Counted from the first letter of the stretch, positions 23,784 through 34,945 are shown. The stretch is 35,346 nt of DNA from Phoronis australis (GCA_002633005.1 NMRA01001247.1:1-35346), one strand, 5' to 3'. Translations and numbers: made by a program. The notes: generated by a model from the letters alone, not told the origin.

Positions 23784-25514
23784 TGTATACCCGTACATGT
23801 ACGTGCTAGATGGTGTCCTGCGTATTCCTCAGAATACGACTGGTCGATCAGGGCGTCGCCGTTGACGTAAGTGCTACGTCTTTGACTGAAGACAGCGTCT
23901 TCTGATTCTTCTGAGTTCCACCTCCATTGGTCTCCAATTCAATCTTGCCGGGAAGGGGTCTTGCCCCTCCCCCTTTGGCCGCGAAAAATAAACACTAAAA
24001 TGGCACGGAAATAAATTTGGACATTTATCATGTTGCGGCTAATCGTGAGCATGTACTTTATTGTGTGTATACGTGTGTTGAGCACAGACATTACATTTTT
24101 CCTCTTGCTTTTAGACCTTATTCGCAAATATCTGCACTGATTCTACGAGTGTGTATGTGCCATTGAGTACTCACGTGATCAAGGTTTCATTGAAGCACTT
24201 CAATAGTTTCTTTGTTGGGTTAATCCAGATCGACACAGCACGGTTGCTTAGTTACTTTAAACATGGTTTTACTAAACCGGCTCTCTGGTCTAACAAAATC
24301 AGGCTTTCAGAGATTTAAACCACGTTGGTGAAATGCAAGTTATAGGTCCAAAATTAGACCTGGCTTAGGAAGACCAGGTTTACAATGTAAGTCTTAAACC
24401 TGATTTTTGTTAAACCACCTTTATAAAATCAGCTGTAAGTGCTCCTATATGGTCAGGTACTGGAAAACCCATACTCCCACCCACACATTGTACGTGTACA
24501 CGTTAGACTATACGACGAACAGAGTTAAAGGCCAATGCATCCGGGTTAAGTCAAAGCGGAGGATAACGCATACTTGTATGAAGATAAATCGATAGATGTA
24601 CCATTGTTTCGTGAATGAATTGAAAGCTTCAAATTTAATTATAAGGGCCTCAAGGATTTATAGTCTGTGTACACTGTACATCTCGTTCAAAATAGGGAGT
24701 GCTCGACATGTTATCAAATATATCTATTGTTTTGAATTTGAATATGAATTGGACCTAATCGCACCAGAATAATAAGACATTAATAAAATAAATGTTCAAT
24801 TTGTTTTTCATGAGGGATGCTCAATATAGCGACTTCATTTATTGAGATTGCAACGTGTGTGAACTGCTGTCAATAGTCCGTGACGTATGCTAGCTGTTGA
24901 CACCTCAGCTATGTAGCGATCCTATAACCTTAACTTTATTCAATCTCAGAAAGCATCAAATGGTAATACCAGAAATAAACCCTTTGTTCCACAAAACATT
25001 AGAAATGACACAACGCAGGATCAAGTAAGCCAATACAGAAAGATTGGTCAAAATTCAGGATGACGGGTGCGGACATCTTAAATTATAGAAAATACAGTTT
25101 GTTCTTCTAACCACATATAATAAATTTCTAAGGAATACTATGCCGTAAACAACATTTTGTTATCAACTTTTTGCAGTATTATAGCTAGGCCTACGTCATA
25201 ATCGATTGGCTTCATGTGTTTATAATAGGAAGATATTTAATCAGCATAGTCGAGGAGTCTACAAGATCGCATAATTTACATTCAGTGTATCACACTATCC
25301 CTGTAAACGTTTACACGTTTCAGTATTCCCTGTCACCATTTCTTATTCATGTAAACCGACTGTCACACTGTATTAATTTAATGATTAAAGTTAAAAGAAT
25401 AACCGAGGCCGAGAGAACTGATCCATCACCGAGTATTTTAAACACCTAGATCCCTTATGGCCATACTGGGGTCTGCCTACCAGGAAAATATTTATAATCT
25501 GGGAAAATGTTCTT

Positions 25515-26213
25515 TCAAAACTGTTGCAGGGCTTCCTCCATGCTATCAAAGTACTTTGAATCAACGAGAAACCGACACAGTTTTGTGGTCGCTTTGGCCC
25601 TAGTCTCACCGGAAGTCACCACTGCTAGTACTGCGCAAAATTGGTGGGAATTTTCGAACATCAATTCTGCAATCGTTTTCGATTCTAAGTTTACCATTCT
25701 GACACCGTAATTTCTGGCATTCGACAACATATGACCATAAGCCGTATTCAGTCGCTCCCTGTCCCTGTGTACGTCAAAGTAATACCTAACTGCGTGCATT
25801 CTGGGCTCAAACTTCACTTGTTCAGGATCAAGTTCAATGCCGCAGCCAAGCAGTGCGTGTACAACCCGATTATCATAACCGTACACTGTCTTAACTAAAT
25901 CATTCACAGAGCCACAACCAGGACGAGGGTTGATTTCTAGTAACTTTGGTACTGCGTCACTGTTCTTGCGGATGAATTCGACGTTGTAGACGCCTTGATG
26001 GAGGCCCAGGGCTAGGGAGCACTGATACGAAGCCTCAATTAGGTCTGCACGTTCCTTGTCCGAATCACCACCTGGTGTAACGTAAGAAGTGTCCCAAAAG
26101 TACGGAAGAGGGGCGGCGCCTCTTTGTCCAACTGATCCGCCGACGAGTCTCCCTTTCGACATCACCAATTCGACTTCATATTTGATACCTTGCAGGTATT
26201 CCATTACAATTAC
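25515..26213 (-). CDS. CARNS1-like: Copy B terminal exon (232 aa + TGA)
   Basis: Acceptor ttctgcgctag|GTAATTGTAATG; includes ORF 25515..26204 with EINPRPG. Confidence 0.93.
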   Translation of the reverse strand, partial: VIVMEYLQGIKYEVELVMSKGRLVGGSVGQRGAAPLPYFWDTSYVTPGGDSDKERADLIEASYQCSLALGLHQGVYNVEFIRKNSDAVPKLLEINPRPGCGSVNDLVKTVYGYDNRVVHALLGCGIELDPEQVKFEPRMHAVRYYFDVHRDRERLNTAYGHMLSNARNYGVRMVNLESKTIAELMFENSHQFCAVLAVVTSGETRAKATTKLCRFLVDSKYFDSMEEALQQF

Positions 26214-29200
26214 CTAGCGCAGAAATGATTCACTGTACTCGTACATACTGGACGAAATCCAAAATGGCATAAGATTTACAAAAAAATAAAATTACTTAAT
26301 AAAGTCTACCCGTGATGCAAAGAATAATTCCCAGTCCTCAAGAGTGACCACTTCACCTGTTTATCCTAATACAAGAGCAACACGGAGCGTCGAAATGCAC
26401 CCACGAATGCCCAACAAACCGTTTGCTTCTAGGGTTGTTTATTTGTATCATAAATATGGCCAATAGATGGCGCAAATTAAGTAGAATCTATCCGAAATCG
26501 GGAACATGCCATTGTTTCTTAAATAGATAGCTAACTGACAAATTTCACAATAATCTGTAAAGAGACTTAGAGAAACAAAGGAAAAATGAAAAAATGAAAT
26601 TACCACTAAGTGGCACAGCGTTGGTCGGATCCGTCTGAAAGTCGTCGTCGTCTGTTGTTAAATCCAAATAAATGCACTTACTAAATTCAAAAAGATTCTG
26701 TAGTGGGTTTAGGAGATTCAGGTATTAGGGAAAAACAAAACAAAACTACCACAAGAAGTCGCCACAGTAGTAGAATTGGCCAACGACAACCGTCCTCTTC
26801 ACACTGAGAACACATACGCCAATTCTCAAAATCATCTTTATAATAGTTTGGTTGATAAAGGGGCAGGCGCCAAAACAGACACGAAAACAGCAAAAATGGT
26901 CACTAGGGGCGCAAAATACCTCAAACCAACCGAAAACGAAAGGATATCGCTGTCTCACTAATAGATGTCTATAGTCCAAATTTTATGGAAATCCGTTAAC
27001 CGTCAAAGATACAGAAGTAAACGTAAAAAACTAAAATTGCCACTAGGAAGCGTGCCGGTAGTCAGATCTGTCCGAAAGTCGTCGTCTTCCGTTGTCAACT
27101 TCATGTGAATACACATGCTAAATTTAGTAAGTGTCGTGCTGAGGGTTTAGGAGATACAGACATGGCAGCAAAACAAAACTATACTGCCACTATAAGGCGC
27201 TACAGTACTCGAAGTCGTCGGAAAATCATCGTTATAGTAAAAACATCGGTTTGGTTGATAGAGGGGTGGACGCCAAAAAACACTCTCGAAAACAGTAAAA
27301 ATGGCCACTAGTTGGCGCAAAATACCTCCAATCCATCCGAAAACGGAAAGATAGCGTCACCTTACTAATAGCTGCGTATATGCCAATTTTTATGAAATTC
27401 GTTGAGGACCTTTGAAGATACAGAGGTATTACGTAAAAATTAAAATTGCCACTAAGGGGCACACCGGTAGTCGGACCCGTCCGAAAGGTCGCTCATGCCG
27501 TCCCATCCTTGAAAGGAACACGTGCAAAATTTCATGAACACATGTCAAAAGTTTTTGGAGATGTAGCAGCGGATGCCGGCGCCGGGCGGACGCCGTACGG
27601 ACGCCGGACGAACATGAACGATGGCCCAATGCGTCCTCATATAAATATGTGGACGCTTAATAAGGATCTGTGAAAACAACATAACCTGTTCTATTAATTG
27701 GTAGTTGTGAATTAACTGCTCAAGTACAGTAAAACTAACGGTATAGTGTTACAATGAACTTAACTGCAGAGCTGAAACTGTTTTTAAACATCAACAAAGC
27801 TTACCGACTGAGAATATGCAATTTTTTCACATGTTGCGGTGCCACACGCCATGCCGCTGGACAGTTCGTTGAAGAAATGTAATGAATCAGTTTTGTTGTA
27901 CATAATCTTGCAGCCAACGGCTCCACTTCCGCAGGCGGGCTTCATGACTACGGGAAACGCTAGTTTGTCTAAAGCGGCTAGTAGCTCTTCTTTATTATTC
28001 ACGGAGTAACTGGGCACACCGTACTGAAATATCATTACACAGGTCTTGATTGTAATTGGTGAATAGCAGTTTGTTTCACTACAACATTACTCGTAAAATA
28101 ATGCAAGGTAATATTTAACCCCCCCTCCTCCCCCCAACAGGCATTCCACAATGATGCTTCCTAAGCTCGTAACGGTGTAATGGTGGAATGAGATCCTAGT
28201 GCACACATACATACTGAAGAATGCAAATATTAGTGATATAGGCCTAAAAGTGCCAAATATCTTGAATGTGCAGTAAATACTAACATGGAAGTGCCGTAAC
28301 AACCCGTCCCGAAAGACTATGGCAAAACCGATTTTTATAAAAAATACTCAAAACTCTACTGTAGTTCCGTATTGTGCTTCGTCGATTCTTTAACAAAATC
28401 TCTCACCTTTGCAGCTTGGGGATTTTTAAGCACATAATGTTGAGTAACGTCTTTCAAATAAGCCAGCCTCTTGCTCTCGTAGCTATCCCCAGGAATGTCA
28501 AGTTTTTCACACAGGTAAGCCCCGACCATACTTGAGAAGTCACCAAAGAAGCAGCCCGCGTTCACCTAGCGGTAGAAAGCATTAGCAGATTAGCCATTTA
28601 TGTCCTCTGCAAACCACGTTCTGGCTTTCTGCACGGTCACATAACGTTCGCATCCTTTGTTTAATCAATTAAAATTGGTTTTAACACACCGTTATACTCC
28701 CTTGAAACTGAGACTGAAACTAACAGTTCTTTAGAAATTTAATAGATTTTGTCTAAATCAATAAAGACCTGTCGCTTATTCTCAACGCAAGACAAATTAA
28801 ATAATGCGAGTACGGAACGATCATTTTTGAGTGACCAGGTAACTGAAAATTTTGTTTATAGACAGTGAAAGGAGCGTTTCTTACATTATTTGTTCTGCTA
28901 GATTTTATTCATCAATTGAAATTTAATTTCAAAATATGTTTCGGGTAACTAAGAAACAATTGAGGTACTCTTTAATGGATTCAGTTAATTTAAGATCCAA
29001 ACAAACCTATTGATGCCATCATTGTTGCCACAGGATATGTTCAACTTTTAAAATACACGTACAGTGTATAATACATTGCGCATGGCACTAAAATGTTAAC
29101 CATTGTAAGGCAAGATATCAACTGTAATGCTAAAGATAATAGTTATAGTAGCTTCTGAGCCAACAACAATATAACATATTTTTGCTACGAACAAAAAGGT

Positions 29201-31476
29201 CAAAAAGAATATGTATCAAAGCGGACCAAGATGCGGAGAGCATACAGTTCATGAGAGTTAAAATGTCTTGCAAATTAATTTATTGCATGAACTGGACATA
29301 TTTATTCCCGGTCCTTAACAATACTGCTAATAATTTACACCAGTTAATGTAATTTTTGGTCCTTAAAGGGATAGTTACTTTGATATTTCTCTTTTCCAAC
29401 CACTTGATAATGCTGGCGCTGATTTCTTCCACCGGTCGGTCATCCTCCTTCTCGTGAATCAAACCTTCGTCGTTGTACTCGTCAATGATTCCTAAGAATT
29501 TCATCTTTGCACACCAGTAACTATTCACTTCGTTTTTCGGTACCAAGACACATAATGATTTCAGTCCCATCTTCTTTAAAGTTACCCATACAGAGTTAGT
29601 CAGCTCGGTTTCGTTGGTAACAAGCATACGATTACATATACAAAGAAGAGATTTTTCTGCGAGAGGCCCATGTGGCGTGTATTCTACAGGTGAAATCCTA
29701 AAATGAAACAGAACCAATAATTAAAGGAAAATACGACCCAAAAACAGCCTAGATCGAGTAGTTCCAATCGATAACAGCAAGTACAACTCTAGTACCTGAC
29801 ACAAGAAGGCAGACGGAGGTGTTGAAATTAACCAATAACGTCAGAGGTTCGAACACAGTCTGTTCAGCAGTTCACAACACGCCTACTGGTCAGCTTTTAG
29901 CCCTCCATGAATTCATCGTTTTACACCAATAAATCATCAAAATTCGATGTAAAACCCTTACAAGTACATCGAGATCATAGCTGTGTGTTGTAATTTTAGA
30001 CTTGGCAGTTTTTTCAGTTCTAAACACACAAAACGTTTGTTATCCCGGCCAGTGGCTCGGAACCCAAGTCAGGCCCATCGCGACCGGACTGAAGGCATCA
30101 CGAACATAAACCAGCCAAAGTTGGAAACTAAACTTCCAGGCACAAAAAGTCTATACTAGTGAGCCAAAGAAATAATGATCACGTGATTGTTTTGGTGAAT
30201 TAGCCGCTAAAATGAAAATCTACTTACTAGCTCGTCGTGGGCCGCAAAGTCATAGGTTACCCTTACTGAGAGCCGTCAGGGTAAAAGTTGTACAGTAACA
30301 ATAATTCGAATAATGTATAATTCATGATTATATAAATAAAGATTCCCCTGACATCTGACAATAGGAGATAAAATTGCCCGGTCAATTAGCTTATTGCATT
30401 TAAAGCCAGTAACGCAGTGATTTATTCATTGCTGGCTTCTCAAAACATTTGCACTCACGAACACTCCAAGGCAAAACAAGTTGTATCTAATGAGACAGAC
30501 TTTGTTTCAATTTTATATAAGTATTGGTTGGCGAGAGAAACTGGTAGCACAATAATAAAAGTCAACGTGCCAATATGCAATTCCGACTTAGACGAGTGCT
30601 CATTCGACGAAGACTTCACATGTTGATCGTTAGGTTTCACAGGTTATCAGTTCAAACCGGAATGCACTGATCAAGAAATACTAGAGGTCCATGAACGTGC
30701 ACAGGCTACGGAACATTTGTATAGTTTCCGAAAACCGCTTGACTGACTTGTCATGTTGTCACGATAATGGAAACGACTGACGCTTGCGTTTGCTGCCACG
30801 AAATTCCGCAAGTGAAACGCCTTCTTGGAGCAAATCAGATGTGTCTCACGGACTGTCTTGGCTTTGCATCGCATCTAAACAGAGGTAGGCTTACGACGTT
30901 CGGCTGAGAAAAAGAACTGGCGAAAACACCCTACACCCAGAGGTTCAAACAGAAGTCTGACGAATGAGTCAGTCATCAAACAGGTTATTTAAAACGTTAT
31001 GATGTCACCCCTTGAATAAATTGTAATTGTTCATGTTTTAATGGCCAACTACAATTCTCCATAATCAAAAACCAATCAACAGCTGATCCGCGTTTCTTTG
31101 CCTCCTGCCTGTCGAACGCAAATACACTAGGCACAACATCTGACTTAAGCCTTAGTCTCTGTTTCCATGCGCGCACCCAGCCTTCAATATGGGGGACCTT
31201 TTGGTAACAAAAAAGCGGGCGGACTAAAAAAAATATAAAAACGAGAGCATCTCTGTGAATTGCGCGTTTGCGCATGTTTAATCGATTTATTCCTCATTTT
31301 CTCGGACCTTTTGTCTCTCTGAGGCGGACCTTTTTGCCCACTTCGCCAAATGGGGGCCAAATAACTCTTAGCAAAAACAGCTTTATGAAATTGCAAATTC
31401 TATCGAATCAGACTTCTCTGCGAGCCTTCGTTTTGTTGTTGTTACAGTTTGAGCACCCAGGCAGATCTACTTACAT
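25515..31476 (-). CDS. CARNS1-like: Gene copy B: carnosine synthase 1-like / L-amino-acid-ligase-like single-domain ATP-grasp protein, ~465 aa, 5 coding exons (31476-31475, 29697-29379, 28565-28407, 28023-27805, 26213-25515)
   Basis: Same exon lengths (319/159/219/699) and phases as copy A, all GT-AG, no internal stops; motifs PVVMKPACGSGAVG, MEYLQG, NVEF, EINPRPG; 46 differences in 464 aligned aa versus copy A by manual count. Confidence 0.88.
26371..27661 (+). mobile_element. Helentron/HINE (DINE-1-like) non-autonomous element with internal higher-order tandem repeat, in the last intron of copy B
   Basis: Absent in copy A (empty site cctaatagaacg, ~7488); starts acaagagc, then ~140-bp monomers grouped in ~410-440-bp units, a (cggacg) microsatellite-like tract and a 3' stem-loop gcgtcctcatataaatatgtggacgc (27631-27656). 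Confidence 0.7.
27805..28023 (-). CDS. CARNS1-like: Copy B exon 4 (73 codons)
   Basis: Acceptor atatttcag|TAC, donor TCG|gtaagc; 219 nt. Confidence 0.92.
28407..28565 (-). CDS. CARNS1-like: Copy B exon 3 (53 codons)
   Basis: Acceptor ctaccgctag|GTG, donor AAG|gtgaga; 159 nt. Confidence 0.9.
29379..29697 (-). CDS. CARNS1-like: Copy B exon 2 (319 nt)
   Basis: Acceptor tttcattttag|G ATT TCA, donor AAA|gtaact. Confidence 0.88.
30560..30900 (+). pseudogene. Degraded P2X7 C-terminal (ballast/nanor-like) Zn-coordinating Cys domain
   Basis: SDLDECSFDEDFTC*SLGFTGYQFKPECTDQEILE... then a frameshift to METTDACVCCHEIPQVKRLLGANQMCLTDCLGFASHLNRGRL, matching the recalled YxFEP...MxTxxECxCCxE...CITxHxGF...LN pattern. 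Confidence 0.7.
31075..31170 (-). pseudogene. THAP C-terminal box remnant
   Basis: KQRLRLKSDVVPSVFAFDRQEAKKRGSA resembles RLKxDAVPTIF followed by a basic tail; no zinc ligands visible upstream. Confidence 0.5.
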
Positions 31477-31556
31477 GTTTATGATTAGATATCCGGTCTA
31501 AGCACTCAGTCGGCAGATAGACAATTATGTCCACAAGATTGTTGTCCAGTGGTTAA
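31475..31556 (-). other. Copy B 5'-UTR exon ending in the AT of an intron-split start codon
   Basis: Polypyrimidine tract and acceptor tttcatttcacag| at 31557; donor AT|gtaagt at 31475/31474; in-frame TAG at 31500-31498 with no ATG between it and the donor; homologous to 11789-11866. Confidence 0.68.
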
Positions 31557-31680
31557 CTGTGAAATGAAAGAAAGCAATGAAACATCAAGATTTATTGCCC
31601 AGCATAATTTCATGTACGAGACCCCTATGCCCCTATGCTGAATTTTAACATATATGACAATGATTGCTTCAATATTGAAA

Positions 31681-32240
31681 GCAGCCGTCGGACGCTGTGC
31701 AGCCGAGGCTTGTAAGCCACGCATTCGGGCCCGATCGAACTGGTGGAGACAGCGCGGACGAGGCCCGTAAGCCACGCAGGAAAAGGCCGAGCTGACGGAG
31801 GCAGCGCGCAGACGAGGCCCGTAATTAAGCCACGCAAGCAGGACAGGGCAAGCCGTCGGAGGCAGCAGGGCCAAGGCCCGTAAGCCACGCAGGTGGGACA
31901 GGCCAAACCGTCAGAGGCACTAGAGCGCGTCCGTGACCCTAAGCCGTGCAGGCGGGGCAAGCGGCGGAGCCGTCGGATGCAGCGCGTCGTTGGTCCGTTA
32001 GCCACGCAGGCGGGACAGGCCAAGCAGCTAGAGTCAGCGCCATCGATCACGTGTAGCTGGCGGGACAGGCTGAGCTACCGGGGGCAGTGTGGCCGAGGCC
32101 GTGAGGTACGTGGGCGGGACAGCCCGGAGGTACATTTAAGCCTCGGTCAAGCGGCCGAAGGCAAAGCCGACGGAGATCGACGGCTGGAGGCGGGCCTCGG
32201 CCAGGAGGTCGAAGGCAGCACCGAAGAGGACGTTAAGTGC
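31681..32240. repeat. GC/CpG-rich ~55-59-bp minisatellite bounded by short inverted repeats
   Basis: taagccacgca core recurs at ~31713, 31768, 31826, 31881, 31940 and 31998; flanks caatattgaaagcagccg / cagccgcttttcaaatttg and caatgattg / caatcattg are inverted. Confidence 0.8.
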
Positions 32241-32639
32241 TTGTCCACGAGAGCACCAGCCATTCAGCGACAATGTGGGGGTCAGCCGCTTTTCAAATTT
32301 GACGCCTAGGTAGTCCTATGGAATCTATAAACAATCATTGGTAAATGTCAGACGATAGTCTGTGTGGGTTTGTTTAAAAGGTAGCTATGCTTTGAAGTTG
32401 TGCGTAGATGGAGAGTGAATAATCAAATCCAGTAATTAATTTATTATATGATAACCCCTAATTAGACAAATGAAACCTATTGTTAATTAAGTAATCAACT
32501 ACAAAGAGAAACTACGCTAGCGCCCTCTTAAAAGATTACTTTAATCAAACAACCAAATGATCAAATGTCTTATCTGCTTTCCAAGCTAGGGCTCTCCACT
32601 TGTTGGATGTCTGTCCTGTTGGTGAATCTTCGAACTACA

Positions 32640-33034
32640 NNNNNNNNNNNNNNNNNNNNNNNNNNNNNNNNNNNNNNNNNNNNNNNNNNNNNNNNNNNNN
32701 NNNNNNNNNNNNNNNNNNNNNNNNNNNNNNNNNNNNNNNNNNNNNNNNNNNNNNNNNNNNNNNNNNNNNNNNNNNNNNNNNNNNNNNNNNNNNNNNNNNN
32801 NNNNNNNNNNNNNNNNNNNNNNNNNNNNNNNNNNNNNNNNNNNNNNNNNNNNNNNNNNNNNNNNNNNNNNNNNNNNNNNNNNNNNNNNNNNNNNNNNNNN
32901 NNNNNNNNNNNNNNNNNNNNNNNNNNNNNNNNNNNNNNNNNNNNNNNNNNNNNNNNNNNNNNNNNNNNNNNNNNNNNNNNNNNNNNNNNNNNNNNNNNNN
33001 NNNNNNNNNNNNNNNNNNNNNNNNNNNNNNNNNN
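32640..33034. other. Assembly gap (N run)
   Basis: Run of N; isolated Ns also at 2586, 7939 and 23430. Confidence 0.99.
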
Positions 33035-34753
33035 TTCAACTACTTTAGCGCATCTGATTATCTTGCTGATTTCAGCCCATAATATAACATTCTACTTATT
33101 TAGTGATTGGCTAATAAAAACCACATGATCATATCCACTCGTATTATTGGCTGTTACAATTTGCTCTCAGAATATTCTAGAATCTCTAGAGTACTTTGAC
33201 CCCAGAACCCAAAGTTGTAAACACCATCTAAAAATAGATTTTGACGTTAAAATACATGTCAACAAGTCTGACCCCATGATTTAAAAGTACATATGCACAA
33301 ATTTTGGGCAACTTAAAATGAATCTATTCTTACTAATTACTTAATCAATATTTATTCTGACAGTAAAATATTTCCCCAAAATATTACGTTCTACTAAAAG
33401 TTATAGGCTCAAACACATTTTACGGTCTCGCAGCCATGTTTTCACGCTGTAAAAACTGTTCAATTTTCTGTTCATCTTTTTCCTTGGATAAAAGCTATTG
33501 AACTATTATTCACTTGGTATTGTTAAGTGGTGCCTGTAGATTTTCACACAGATGTCTTGAAGAAAAAGATTCCGATTTGCCACCCTCATTTTGTAGTTAA
33601 ACTTCACTGCCTCCCTTTATGCAATTTTGAGGTTATATTCAATACAATGCTATACCAAACCTGCCCCCAATGCTTTGAGAATGAAACTTGGCCAAAATGT
33701 TGAAAAAAACATGTTAATTTCATTGCATAAAATAAAAAAAAATTGTCAGCCAGTTTATTAGTTATACATTTTGGGACTTCAAATGTACAAAAATGAGAAA
33801 TTTTCAAACATCTGAGACCGTTGCCTGAGCATGTAAAAGCAGATTGTCCTTAATGTTTTTTGATATTTTGCAACAACGAGTTTGTTCCTCCTGAATGTTT
33901 TGAATGTTTTACTACTTACCACCTACGACTATAGTACTCCTAGATACCATACATTACTCCATTTTTTTAAAAAGCCGATTATGTCCTCCCCAGTCAACAG
34001 GGTTAGACATGAAGTCGACAATTGTAGGTTATTTTGATTTACAGTTGTTATGCTTTGCAATTTCCTAATGGGTCACACCTATTCAAGTCAGATTTTCTGT
34101 TGATCAAATGTTCATGCAATGCAATGAAAAATCAAATGAATGTTAAGTTAAGTGGTATGACCACAATTTTTCATACGACTTAAAACAAAAGGCCACAGAA
34201 ATTTTCCTGACTAAATATCGGGTTTGCAGTTCTCTAAAAACATTCAAATTCCAAGACTGTCCATGGCAACTCGTCGCATGTATATCGCCCATTAACCGTA
34301 TCATTCTTTTCCTTTGTTGTGTCATTTTTGGACACAGGTCAAACCTTGGGCGTACATCAGACCTTTGCCGAGAGAAACAACTTTGAAAACTCTTGGGAAA
34401 TGCACAAGAAATATAGCGAGACATTTCAGAACCTTAAAAGTGAGGGGACGTGAAGGAGGTGGAACGTGTCATCATGAGAAGTAGACTGTCTGCCTCGGAG
34501 GCAGGTATGCAGCAGGAGCTAGATTTTCTAGCGTAGTAGATTCACTTGTCCGAATCATCGTTACAACCCTCGACATATATTGGCGTCGCTAAAGACACTG
34601 AGTACACCCACTGCACACAAGAGGAGAAATCCGACAGAGGTCAGGAAAATGACCAAAGACATAAAGTCAAGGTTCAATGTTCTGCTTCATGCGTGTTTAG
34701 GGAAGAATCACCAAAATCCAAGGTCAGACCCTGAGGAATATTTTTAGGAGCAT

Positions 34754-34945
34754 TGATACGCCGTAAAATGTAACAATTTCGTAAAATGTAAGTTCTTACA
34801 TTTTACGAAATTGATACATTTTGCGTTGCTAAGCCTCTCCTAAAATGTAACAAGTTGTTACATTTTACGTAGTTGTTACATTTCACGTCGAACGCACATG
34901 CGAGAAATGTGCCATTGTTACAGTTTACGAAACCCACTTCATATT
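34754..34945 (+). mobile_element. Solo left end of the same TIR family as 8819-10523
   Basis: tgatacgccgtaaaatgtaacaatttcgtaaaatgtaa...gcctctcctaaaatgtaacaagttgtta...acgtcgaacgcacatgcgagaaatgt matches 8819-8990. Confidence 0.8.

Larger units (their letters stand above)
20330..24435. mobile_element. PIF/Harbinger-like non-autonomous element with TAA TSD, internal duplication and nested insertions
   Basis: taa|cagccgtcttcataaaggttgtttaa ... ttaaaccacctttataaaatcagctg|taa; many (a)gaccaggtttaa subrepeats; 20911-22280 is a diverged copy of 23435-24410. Confidence 0.72.
29725..31200. mobile_element. Kolobok-like decayed DNA transposon in intron 1 of copy B
   Basis: TTAA|AGGAAAATACGACCC left end; convergent remnants of a P2X7-ballast-like Cys protein (+) and a THAP tail (-); right TIR not found; region absent from copy A. 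Confidence 0.55.

Noticed and set aside
25515-31476. Bacterial contamination or recent horizontal transfer of an L-amino-acid ligase
   Set aside because: Four spliceosomal introns per copy, animal transposons inside the introns, and closest motif collinearity with animal CARNS1. An ancient origin cannot be judged without a phylogeny.
3430-31620. Idea that copies A and B are two haplotypes assembled in tandem
   Set aside because: About 10% protein divergence, much higher intron and 3'-flank divergence, and several old copy-specific insertions exceed plausible allelic difference. Only the 259-bp identical tract remains suspect.
31506-32309. 122-141-aa Arg/Ala/Cys-rich ORFs on both strands
   Set aside because: By-products of the GC-rich minisatellite, which has few stop codons.
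32565-33128. ORFs of 134-187 aa
   Set aside because: They span the N gap and are artefacts.
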